Origin: a virus
Lineage: Duplodnaviria > Caudoviricetes
Reading direction: 5' to 3' (one strand)
Virus record (IMG/VR): IMGVR_UViG_3300048079_000081
Location: 1-61,789 of that record
Length of the DNA: 61,789 bases
Each line of letters starts with the position of its first letter. The first letter of the stretch is position 1. Position numbers and translations under genes: made by a program. This document shows, one piece after another, positions 54,925 to 61,789 of this stretch. The notes beneath the pieces were generated by a model. It did not search any database. It saw only the letters and a program-made list of their open reading frames with translations, and was not told where the DNA came from.

Positions 54925-56008
54925 CCTCGGCGATCTGGTGGTACCGGGCCTCACGCTCCACGCCCACGTAGCCGAAGCCCTCCGCGCGCGCCGCGAGGAG
55001 CGTGGTGCCGGAGCCCGCGAAGGGGTCGAGCACCACGCCCCCGGGCGGCGTGACGAGCCGGACGAGCCACCGCAGGAGCGCCAACGGCTTGACGGTCGGG
55101 TGGTCGTTGCCGCGCCCGCGCTCCGACCGGCTCGCCTTCGCGCAGTAGAAGAACCGCGCGGCGGTGCCGGCGCCGCCGTAGCTCACGTCGGGCCCGCGCC
55201 TGCGCGTGATCCCGTAGGAGCTCGGCGTGTACGTCAAGGCCGGGGTCTCGGGCAGGTTTCGCCGCACGGCGGTGCCGTCCGCGCTCTCGCCGAACGCCGC
55301 GAACGCCTCGAGCACCTCGGGGCCCCCGTCGTGCGCGACGTTCGCGGGCCAGCGGCCCGGCGGCGGCGGGCCTGCGCGGCAGCCGTCCACGTTGAGAGCG
55401 CCCGTGCCGTGCTCGAGGACGTTCGCCGCGACCGTGCCGGGGAACGGCTTGCGCGCCACCAGGATCGGCTCCCAGGCGGGCTTGAGCCCGGTGCCCCAGC
55501 CCTGCCACGCCTGCGCCTCGGCCGTCGCCGGGGCCGTGACCTGCGCCGCCTTCAGGCGCTCCTCGACCGTGTGCGAGGAGACGCCCGCGCCGAAGGCGGC
55601 GCCCTCGCCGCCCGGGTGGAGGTGGTAGCCTGGGCGGGCCAGCTTGTCGCCGATCACCGCGCGCGTGGCGCCCGCCGCCTTGTCGATCGCCTTCGACACG
55701 TCGAGGCTCTTGGGGAAGCCGGTGCCGTATAGCCAGAGCACCGTGTCGCGGAGCTCGAAGCCGGCGTCCTCGATCGCGCACGCGATCCGGTGGTGGGTCC
55801 GCGTGCCGCCGAACGCGAGCAGGTGCGCGCCCGGTTTGAGCGCCTCGAGCACGGCACGCCAGGTGGCCGGCTGAAACGAGACGCCGGCGGAATCCCAGCC
55901 TTGCCCCATGAAACCGAGCTCGTAGGGCGGGTCGGTCACGCAGCTATCGAGGCCGTGCAAGCCCGGGAGCGCCTCGAGACAGTCTGCCCGGAGGAGCTCC
56001 TCCCGCAT
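54884..56008 (-). CDS. N6A/N4C DNA methyltransferase
   Basis: DSCVTDPPY, GFPKS, LKPAWEPI, HPTVKP, VLDPFAGSGTT. Confidence 0.93.
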   Translation of the reverse strand: MREELLRADCLEALPGLHGLDSCVTDPPYELGFMGQGWDSAGVSFQPATWRAVLEALKPGAHLLAFGGTRTHHRIACAIEDAGFELRDTVLWLYGTGFPKSLDVSKAIDKAAGATRAVIGDKLARPGYHLHPGGEGAAFGAGVSSHTVEERLKAAQVTAPATAEAQAWQGWGTGLKPAWEPILVARKPFPGTVAANVLEHGTGALNVDGCRAGPPPPGRWPANVAHDGGPEVLEAFAAFGESADGTAVRRNLPETPALTYTPSSYGITRRRGPDVSYGGAGTAARFFYCAKASRSERGRGNDHPTVKPLALLRWLVRLVTPPGGVVLDPFAGSGTTLLAARAEGFGYVGVEREARYHQIAEARLAAATARLPGL

Positions 56009-56027
56009 GGGCGCCGACGCTACCCGC

Positions 56028-56243
56028 TCAGGCCGGGCGCCGCAGGTAGCCGTGGCCGAGCTCCGGGAGCTCGACTGAAACGGAGCCGTTGTGGCGCATC
56101 TCGAACCGCACGGTGATGCGGCCGCTCGAGGGGTCGAGCGCGGAGACGGTGCCCACGCGCCCCTCCTCGACGAGGCCGCTGAAATGGTTTTCGAGGGCGC
56201 GTGTCGCCGTGACTTGCGCGCCGAGCTCGAGCAAGAGGCCCAT
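56028..56243 (-). CDS. small SH3-like hypothetical protein
   Basis: SD GAGGAG; G..V......G.VG.V......V.F. Confidence 0.65.
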   Translation of the reverse strand: MGLLLELGAQVTATRALENHFSGLVEEGRVGTVSALDPSSGRITVRFEMRHNGSVSVELPELGHGYLRRPA

Positions 56244-56388
56244 GGGTGTCTCCTCGGGTGGTGGCTCGCGCTCCTGGAGCGCGATAGTGGGTGCCCCGCG
56301 CTGGCGTGCCGGTGACGCTACGGCTGCTCGCGGCCGAGCACCCGGAGGCAGGCGCAGAGGAAGCGCCGGAGCCACCGCTCGGAGCGCG

Positions 56389-56604
56389 TCACGCCGCAAG
56401 CTCATCGCGCTCTTGGAGCGCGAGCTCGCCGGCCGCCGCGTGGAGGCCGACGGCGACCACCTCGCGGAGCCGCTCCGAGGGGATCGGCAGGGCGAAGCCC
56501 TCGAGCTCCACGCCGTAGCTCGGGCGGTAGTCGCGCTCGAGGCGGCCGACAGTGAAGCCGCCGTTCGTGGTGGTGACCGCGACCAGGGTGCCCTTGCGGA
56601 TCAT
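56389..56604 (-). CDS. small hypothetical protein
   Basis: SD AAGGGG; palindromes at 56405 and 56622. Confidence 0.65.
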   Translation of the reverse strand: MIRKGTLVAVTTTNGGFTVGRLERDYRPSYGVELEGFALPIPSERLREVVAVGLHAAAGELALQERDELAA

Positions 56605-56791
56605 CGGTGCCCCTTTCGGGCCCGCGCTCCGGGAGCGCGGTGGTGGTGGAGGGATCGGCGACCGGGAGCCCTGCGCTTCTTCAACCTTCGGGGCCGACCT
56701 GCCCCTGCGTGCTCTGCTCTGCTTGCTCCCCTGGGCCGTGACGCGGTGCCGTTGCTAGCTTCCGCCGTCGCCGTTCCTGGCCACGTGCTAC

Positions 56792-56807
56792 TGCAATCGC
56801 TGTGCCA
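56792..56807 (-). promoter_or_regulatory. sigma54 promoter TGGCACAGCGATTGCA (leftward)
   Basis: Exact TGGCAC-N5-TTGCA consensus in divergent intergenic region. Confidence 0.8.
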
Positions 56808-56855
56808 GCCCTCGAGCGCGGTGGCGCGGCCGCGCCGCCCTCGAGTGCCGCGCCC

Positions 56856-56871
56856 GCGGCACTTTTCCCGC
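56856..56871. promoter_or_regulatory. possible enhancer-binding-protein site GCGG-N8-CCGC
   Basis: Inverted repeat in the AT-rich patch between the two sigma54 motifs. Confidence 0.4.
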
Positions 56872-56941
56872 AAATTGTGTCACTTGCGTCGAAGCTGCCG
56901 GCGCGCGAACCGTCGAGACGCGCGGTGAGCGCACGCGGGCT

Positions 56942-56957
56942 TGGCACGCGGTTCGCA
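56942..56957 (+). promoter_or_regulatory. sigma54 promoter TGGCACGCGGTTCGCA (rightward)
   Basis: GG-N10-GC spacing; one mismatch to TTGCA. Confidence 0.7.
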
Positions 56958-56970
56958 ACGACCCTCGAGC

Positions 56971-57204
56971 ATGAGCAACAAAGGGGAAGCGATGCGAGAC
57001 AAGATGCCGGCGACCACGGCGGACAAGCTCTACGGCGAGCGCGCGGCGCAGATCCGGGCCGAGCTCGTGCAACTCCACAAGGCGCTCGACGGGCACGCCG
57101 CGCGCAAGGCCGCGCGCCCGGGCGACTACGGCTACGCGGGCGACCTCGGCCGCGCGCTCCAGTGCCTCCACGAGGCCGCGCACGCCCTCGGGCTCAAGGA
57201 GTAG
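56971..57204 (+). CDS. hypothetical protein (alternative start 56992)
   Basis: H......P.DYG..GDL pattern; SD AAGGGG before 56992. Confidence 0.7.
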   Translation: MSNKGEAMRDKMPATTADKLYGERAAQIRAELVQLHKALDGHAARKAARPGDYGYAGDLGRALQCLHEAAHALGLKE

Positions 57205-57356
57205 GGCGGTGCGACACTCGAAGGCAGCAAAGCCGCCGAAGCGCCACTGGTGCCGGCGCTGCGCTTCGCCGCACTGCCCGGGGCACTGCGCGGGCTGCGG
57301 CTGGCGCCTCGACGTCTCGGCGCCGGGCTGCCCCACCGTTCATGAGGCGCCGCCCC

Positions 57357-57384
57357 TCAAGTTCTCCTCCGACCCTGCCGATAG
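57357..57384 (+). promoter_or_regulatory. sigma28-type promoter 4 (TCAAG-N15-GCCGATAG)
   Basis: ATG 57392 is 7 nt downstream. Confidence 0.8.
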
Positions 57385-57391
57385 GTAGAGC

Positions 57392-57604
57392 ATGAGCGCG
57401 ACGCGAACCGAAACCGAAAAGGGGGCCACCGTGAGCCGCTACACCTACCGGATCTCCTACCTCAAGCAGGGCGCGGGCCTCCTGGCCGGCCTCGAGCTCG
57501 AGGCGGCCTTCAACACGACGGCGGATGCCGTCGCCCTCCAGATCGCCTCGCTCGAGGCGGACGCCCGGGTGAGCCGGGTGCGCGTCGCGGCGCTCGCCTC
57601 GTGA
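57392..57604 (+). CDS. hypothetical protein
   Basis: First gene after promoter 4. Confidence 0.65.
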   Translation: MSATRTETEKGATVSRYTYRISYLKQGAGLLAGLELEAAFNTTADAVALQIASLEADARVSRVRVAALAS

Positions 57605-57840
57605 CGGCGCGGCGCCGGGGCCCGGCCTACGACGTGGTGTACTACTGGCGCGGCGGCGCCAAGCGCGGCACCTGGCACGCGCTCGAGCCCCACGAGGGCT
57701 GCGCTACGCCCGAAGAGCTCGGCGCGAAGCGCGTCGAGGTGGAGCGGATGGGCTACGTGGCGGTGCTAGGGCGCACCTCGATTGGACCGCCCGAGGGCCC
57801 GCCCTCGGCCGAGTGGCTGGCGTCCGTGGCGCGCCGATGA
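57601..57840 (+). CDS. hypothetical protein
   Basis: GTGA overlap. Confidence 0.65.
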   Translation: MTARRRGPAYDVVYYWRGGAKRGTWHALEPHEGCATPEELGAKRVEVERMGYVAVLGRTSIGPPEGPPSAEWLASVARR

Positions 57841-58121
57841 GCCGCAAGCAGGTGATGGTGCGCGCCGCGCGGTACGGCGCGACGGTCGAGGAGAGCCGCG
57901 GGATGATCTACGTGGACGCGCCCGCGCGGCAGGTTTGGGAAGCCAACGGCTGCCACGTGCTCGCGGCCGCCTACGAAGAGGGCGAAAAGCAGCACGCCTG
58001 GCGCGACCTCCTCGAGCGCATGGACTACGGGCTCGAGCCCTGCCAGGACGCGGAGTGCGACACGTGCGGGCCTCTCGAGGCACTCAAGTCTGGGCCCAGC
58101 CGTGCCGAGAAGAGCGGCTGA
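57837..58121 (+). CDS. hypothetical protein
   Basis: ATGA overlap; DAP...VW....H, C....C..C. Confidence 0.65.
   Translation: MSRKQVMVRAARYGATVEESRGMIYVDAPARQVWEANGCHVLAAAYEEGEKQHAWRDLLERMDYGLEPCQDAECDTCGPLEALKSGPSRAEKSG
58084..58111 (+). promoter_or_regulatory. sigma28-type promoter 5 (TCAAG-N15-GCCGAGAA)
   Basis: Leader GAGCGGC(T)GAAAGGGGA shared with promoter 2. Confidence 0.75.
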
Positions 58122-58132
58122 AAGGGGACCAA

Positions 58133-58579
58133 ATGGAAACGATGGGGACGATTCGACTCTTCGAGAACGCGACGGAAGCGCAGGCGCACGACCGGGGCTT
58201 CAAGGCCGCCTGGCACTGCACGCTGACCCGGAAGGCCGCCTACGGCGACGAGGCCGACCTGCCGCAGGGTCTCGACCACGCCTGGCGCGAGGTGAGCGAC
58301 CGCGAGCTCGCGCAGGAGGTCGAGGTGGATGCGCTCCACGCGGACTTCCGCCTCGTGGCCGACCCGGCCGATTGGAAGGCGCCAATCTCCAGCGTGATCG
58401 CGGTGCCGGAGCTCGAGCAGGAACCCGAATCCGTGGATGCCTTCAAGACGCGCCTGGCCCGGGCCATCGTCTACTTCACGGCTAGCAATGCCCGCTTCAC
58501 CACCCTGGTGGGGCTCTCCGGCGTCTCGCTTCGCGTCGAGGCGGACGGCTACCGGGGCGGCCCGGTGGGGGATCGGTGA
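58133..58579 (+). CDS. hypothetical protein
   Basis: SD AAGGGG; F..V.DP.DWK.PI...AI.YFTA...V.ADGY..GP. Confidence 0.7.
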   Translation: METMGTIRLFENATEAQAHDRGFKAAWHCTLTRKAAYGDEADLPQGLDHAWREVSDRELAQEVEVDALHADFRLVADPADWKAPISSVIAVPELEQEPESVDAFKTRLARAIVYFTASNARFTTLVGLSGVSLRVEADGYRGGPVGDR

Positions 58580-58866
58580 TGACCCCCGACGAGCACCGGC
58601 AGCACATCGCGCGCGCCGTCTTCCTGGCGCTCGAGGCGGCGCCCGTCGAGGTGCGGGACGCTCTCGGCGACGAGCTCGCCTCCTACGCACGGGCGTACCC
58701 AGACGCCTGGTTGGGCGCTTTCAGCCGTGCGCGCGTCGGCCTCCTCGCGGCGCTGCTGCTGGCCGTGGTACACGGCGCCGGCTGCCATGGGCCGACCTGC
58801 CACACCTCAGGCGGGCGGATGCCTTGCGAACACGAAACGCGCCTCCGGGCGCCCGGGAGGACCTGA
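58576..58866 (+). CDS. hypothetical protein
   Basis: GTGA overlap. Confidence 0.55.
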   Translation: MMTPDEHRQHIARAVFLALEAAPVEVRDALGDELASYARAYPDAWLGAFSRARVGLLAALLLAVVHGAGCHGPTCHTSGGRMPCEHETRLRAPGRT

Positions 58867-59168
58867 TGGCCACGCTCTACCAATTCGCGGGCTTCACCGG
58901 CCGCCGCAGGGGCGGCTCCGCGACGCCGCCCGTGCACTTCGAGGCCGATGGCACCACCGGCTTGCCGGTGCTCACGATCCGGCTCACGTCGCGCCAGGTG
59001 GTGCGCCTGACCGGCAAGCCGGCCGACTTCCGGCGGCTGGCCGAGGAGCTCCTCGCCGCCGTGACAAAGGCCGAGTGGGTGGCGCTCCCGGAGCCCTCGG
59101 CGAACAAGGCCGTTCCCCATGGAACGCCCCATGGGGAGAAGGCCGATGCCGACCCGGTGGTCCCGTGA
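58866..59168 (+). CDS. hypothetical protein
   Basis: TGATG overlap, SD GGAGG. Confidence 0.6.
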   Translation: MATLYQFAGFTGRRRGGSATPPVHFEADGTTGLPVLTIRLTSRQVVRLTGKPADFRRLAEELLAAVTKAEWVALPEPSANKAVPHGTPHGEKADADPVVP

Positions 59169-59470
59169 GCGCCGCCGTCAAGATGCTGCGCGAGCTCGCG
59201 GCGCTCCGCTTCCAGCACGCCCTCGACCGGGCCGGGCGCGGGCAGGATGCCAACGCCGGGCTCGAGGCGGCGCTGCTCGAGGTGGCCGGCTCGATCTGCG
59301 CGGTGGGCGCGGAGCTCGTGGTGGCCCTCGAGCGCCAGGCGCCCGCAGGCGGCACGAACGAGGCCGCCATTGGCTCAGGGCTCGAGGTGGACCCTCAGAG
59401 CGCGGCCGCCGCCTTCCACGCCTTCGCCCGGGCCGTCGCGCGCCTCGAGCGTCCCGTCTTGTTCCCGTGA
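59165..59470 (+). CDS. hypothetical protein
   Basis: GTGA overlap. Confidence 0.55.
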   Translation: MSAAVKMLRELAALRFQHALDRAGRGQDANAGLEAALLEVAGSICAVGAELVVALERQAPAGGTNEAAIGSGLEVDPQSAAAAFHAFARAVARLERPVLFP

Positions 59471-59826
59471 GCGACCGCATGCGGCCCTACGAGCATCGGT
59501 TCGGCGCCACCGGGGAGCCGGGCACGTGCCGGTGGTGCGGCCGGGTGCTCCGGTTCAAAGCGCACATGTTCGACTGGCCGGCCGGGCAGCCGGAGCCGGT
59601 GCTCCCGGAGGGCGCCCGGGTGACGCGCCGCCGGGTCCCAGGGCGGTTCCTACACGGCTCCGTCGACTACGTGCTCGAGGGCCAGCCCGGTGGCGACTAC
59701 CGCGACGGGCACTTCTGCGGCCTCCGCTGCGGCTACGCCTTCGCGGTGCGGCTCGCGGACCTCGGCGCCCGCCTCACGACCTCCGGCGGCTCCGTCACCA
59801 CACGGGCCGAGCGGAGCACTCCTTGA
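59467..59826 (+). CDS. hypothetical Zn-binding protein
   Basis: CRWCG...FCGLRC. Confidence 0.65.
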   Translation: MSDRMRPYEHRFGATGEPGTCRWCGRVLRFKAHMFDWPAGQPEPVLPEGARVTRRRVPGRFLHGSVDYVLEGQPGGDYRDGHFCGLRCGYAFAVRLADLGARLTTSGGSVTTRAERSTP

Positions 59827-59851
59827 ACGCAGGCCGCCAGGTCTGCCGCCC

Positions 59852-59890
59852 GACCCCTCGGGGCGTCTTCCCCTTTCGCCCCGGGGGGTC
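59852..59890 (+). terminator. GC-rich hairpin, possible terminator
   Basis: GACCCCTCGGGGCG/CGCCCCGGGGGGTC 14-bp stem after stop 59826; weak U tract. Confidence 0.45.
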
Positions 59891-59929
59891 AAACTTTCCT
59901 GCGCGACTCGCCGCCTGGAGCGCGAGCCC

Positions 59930-59957
59930 TCAAGTACCGCCGCCTACCTGCCGAGAA
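59930..59957 (+). promoter_or_regulatory. sigma28-type promoter 6 (TCAAG-N15-GCCGAGAA)
   Basis: ATG 59965 is 7 nt downstream. Confidence 0.75.
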
Positions 59958-59964
59958 GGAGGTC

Positions 59965-60285
59965 ATGAGCAAGGGGGCAACGATGGGCCAGGCGAACGGG
60001 ATCGAGCTCGGGACGCCGAGGGTCGAGGAGCACACCGTCTACGGGCGGCCGGTGGAGCCGGCCGAGTACCGGGTGAGCGTGGCGGCGCGGGCAACCAGCG
60101 CGGACATCCGGGGCTGCCGGAGCGTCAAGGGCCTGGTGTGGCGGCCGGTGATGGCGTGGACGACGGACCGCGCGGCGGCCGTGCGCGAGGCGGCTGCTCG
60201 CCTGGCGGCCCTGGCGGCGCGGACCGGCGCGGCGGCCGAGGCGCAGGCGACGGCGCGCGAGGAGGGCGGCGCCGATGCCTCCTAG
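59965..60285 (+). CDS. hypothetical protein
   Basis: First gene after promoter 6. Confidence 0.65.
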   Translation: MSKGATMGQANGIELGTPRVEEHTVYGRPVEPAEYRVSVAARATSADIRGCRSVKGLVWRPVMAWTTDRAAAVREAAARLAALAARTGAAAEAQATAREEGGADAS

Positions 60286-60460
60286 CGGGAGGGCCCAGCA
60301 GCTCGCTCGGCTGCGCGCCCAGGTGGCCGAGGCCCTCGAACGCGCGATGGTCGGCTGCTACGAGGCCCAGGCCGTCTCGCCAAGCGGGCCCGAGATGGTG
60401 ATGTGGAACGAGATGGCGGCGCGCCTCAGGTCGGACCTCGACCGGGTGCTCGCGCTCTAA
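60275..60460 (+). CDS. small hypothetical protein
   Basis: SD GGAGG. Confidence 0.55.
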   Translation: MPPSGRAQQLARLRAQVAEALERAMVGCYEAQAVSPSGPEMVMWNEMAARLRSDLDRVLAL

Positions 60461-60481
60461 ACCTCCCGAGGAGATCCCACC

Positions 60482-60745
60482 ATGCGATCCGCGTTCCTGG
60501 CCCTGGCGCTAGCAGTGCTCGCCGGTTGTGTCTCAACCACTGGTCCCACGAAGCTGCCGCACGGTTGCGCGCCGGGGACGCCCTACCTCGCGTGCACGAA
60601 GGCGCACGATGACGGGCAGCGCGCGCTCCGGGACCTCCGGCGCCTGCGGATCGCCTCCGAGGAGAACGCCCACGAGCTCCGGGAGATCCGCAAGGGCCTC
60701 GACGCCGACCGCCAGGAGCGGAAGGCCGGCTGGCGGTTCCGGTGA
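60482..60745 (+). CDS. putative lipoprotein
   Basis: MRSAFLALALAVLAGC lipobox; SD GAGGAG. Confidence 0.75.
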   Translation: MRSAFLALALAVLAGCVSTTGPTKLPHGCAPGTPYLACTKAHDDGQRALRDLRRLRIASEENAHELREIRKGLDADRQERKAGWRFR

Positions 60746-61116
60746 GCTCGCGCTTCGGAAGCGGCTCCTGCGCCGTTTGTGGCGGTGCCGGCTCGCGACC
60801 GTGGTGGCTCGAGTGGCTCCCGGACGTGATGACGGAGCACACGGCGACGCGCTACGCCGAGCTCTACGGCGTGGACGTGCACGCGATCCTGGCCCATTTC
60901 CAGAGGCCCGCGCTCGAGGCGGCTCTCGAGGTGGGCGCGGGCGAGGCGACCCTGGCCGAGCTCATGGTGGCCGCTCGGGCGCAGGGCTGGCTCCACGTGC
61001 GGTGGGCGCTCGAAGCCCGCGCCGGGCGGCCCATGCCGGTGCTCGAAGCGCTCTGCGACCCCTGCGCGGCCTGGGCCGGCGGCGAGGGCCTCGCGGTGTC
61101 GGCCGAGCTCAAGTAG
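60742..61116 (+). CDS. hypothetical protein
   Basis: CAVC and C..C at the ends. Confidence 0.6.
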   Translation: MSSRFGSGSCAVCGGAGSRPWWLEWLPDVMTEHTATRYAELYGVDVHAILAHFQRPALEAALEVGAGEATLAELMVAARAQGWLHVRWALEARAGRPMPVLEALCDPCAAWAGGEGLAVSAELK

Positions 61117-61135
61117 CGGCCAAGGCTGCCGATAG
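61109..61135 (+). promoter_or_regulatory. sigma28-type promoter 7 (TCAAG-N14-GCCGATAG)
   Basis: ATG 61143 is 7 nt downstream. Confidence 0.75.
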
Positions 61136-61142
61136 GTAGGCC

Positions 61143-61256
61143 ATGGCCCCGGAGCGGGGCAAAGGAGACAAGATGGTGCGCGCGGCTTTCATCCTCGGCT
61201 TCGCAGGTGCGGCGATGTGGATGCTCTGGAGCGCCGCCACGGCGGCGGGCCTGTAG
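61143..61256 (+). CDS. small hydrophobic peptide (37 aa, not in ORF track)
   Basis: After promoter 7; single TM-like segment. Confidence 0.45.
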   Translation: MAPERGKGDKMVRAAFILGFAGAAMWMLWSAATAAGL

Positions 61257-61265
61257 GCCCTGGCC

Positions 61266-61562
61266 GTGACGACCACGCTCCCGCTCTACGTCGAGGACCC
61301 GGCGGACGGCTGCGAGCTCGAGCTCCTCGCGGAGCTCGAGCTCAAGGCCGACGCCGCGAGCGGCGGCGTGGAGATCCGCGAGCTGCTCGGCTTCCTCGCG
61401 CCCGCCGGCGAGCTCTTCGGCTGGTACACCCTGGCGGACTTTGGGCCGCACGCGGAGCGCGTCGAGGCCGCCACCCGCGTCGCCTTCGAGCTCGAATACT
61501 GGCGACTCCGGGCGGAGTTTCACGAGGACGCGGCCGACCTCGCGATGGACCCCGGATGGTAA
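61266..61562 (+). CDS. acidic hypothetical protein
   Basis: Glu/Asp-rich 98 aa. Confidence 0.6.
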   Translation: MTTTLPLYVEDPADGCELELLAELELKADAASGGVEIRELLGFLAPAGELFGWYTLADFGPHAERVEAATRVAFELEYWRLRAEFHEDAADLAMDPGW

Positions 61563-61564
61563 CC

Positions 61565-61649
61565 GTGGCCCACGATTCGCCCCCGGAGTGCGAGCTGCGC
61601 CGCCGCGCGGAAGAGGTGGCGATCTCGGACGCTCTGACCCGCCTGGTGC
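61565..61649 (+). CDS. hypothetical protein spanning the circular join (continues 1-152; 78 aa)
   Basis: Frame stays open across the join to TGA 150-152. Confidence 0.55.
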
Positions 61650-61775
61650 GCGCGCTCGAGGCTGGCCGGACGCCTGACGCCGAGCTCGCGGCCGTCTGCC
61701 GGCTGACCGGACTCTCGCTCGCGGACGCGGCCGACGAGGGGGCCCGCCTCCGCGCCACGCGCGCGCCCAGGAGGT
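61650..61775. repeat. Terminal direct repeat, right copy
   Basis: Identical to 1-126, followed by a 14-nt G-rich non-matching tail. Confidence 0.95.
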
Positions 61776-61789
61776 GGGGGGGCCGGGCC

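Larger units (their letters stand above)
126..56640. repeat. Dispersed 19-bp palindrome family TCGCGCTC-CNG-GAGCGCGA (about 45 copies including variants)
   Basis: Perfect copies start at 126,197,450,925,1056,1439,34051,36270,36538,38401,38550,39568,40318,43700,46693,47301,48104,49793,56266. Centre variants with intact 8-bp arms: 1777,24019,32636,40377,46669,56405. Symmetric double variants: 1335,3748,9818,37837,50177,56622. Other degenerate copies: 840,14439,19023,20478,23588,23630,32224,37853,38704,39205,39269,39283,42917,50064. Hand count. Confidence 0.97.

Noticed and set aside
126-56640. IALQERD/IALPERD as a shared protein motif
   Set aside because: The same DNA is read in all three frames and also occurs intergenically
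126-56640. Palindromes as intrinsic terminators or integron attC sites
   Set aside because: No U tracts, many copies are inside ORFs, no GTTRRRY cores and no integrase
1-61789. Very frequent CTCGAG and GAGCTC
   Set aside because: Plausibly explained by CTC/GAG codon preference in Leu-Glu and Glu-Leu pairs; excess cannot be shown without a codon-aware test

Overview
The window is an apparently complete, circularly assembled genome of a very GC-rich tailed phage. Unit length is about 61,649 bp: bases 1-126 recur at 61650-61775, and an ORF reads across the join. Gene content is siphovirus-like (tape measure and frameshifted tail chaperone, no sheath recognised). Layout: HNH and terS, six virion-like genes, terL, head/neck/tail genes, lysis cassette (2.7-33.8 kb, +); a leftward recombination operon (Gp157-like, SSAP-like); a divergent sigma70-type promoter pair at about 36.4 kb; then replication, nuclease, three DNA methyltransferases and many small ORFs. 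I recognised no integrase catalytic domain, DNA polymerase, sigma factor, tRNA or CRISPR array. The most notable signals are non-coding. (1) A 19-bp palindrome, TCGCGCTC-CNG-GAGCGCGA, occurs about 45 times including variants (hand count), clusters at gene ends and shows symmetric compensatory changes. (2) Seven sigma28/FliA-type promoters (TCAAG-N14/15-GCCGANAR) lie in 52.5-61.1 kb, five with ATG exactly 7 nt downstream. (3) A back-to-back pair of sigma54-type promoters at 56.8-56.95 kb flanks an enhancer-like inverted repeat. All family calls are motif recognition by eye, not database searches.
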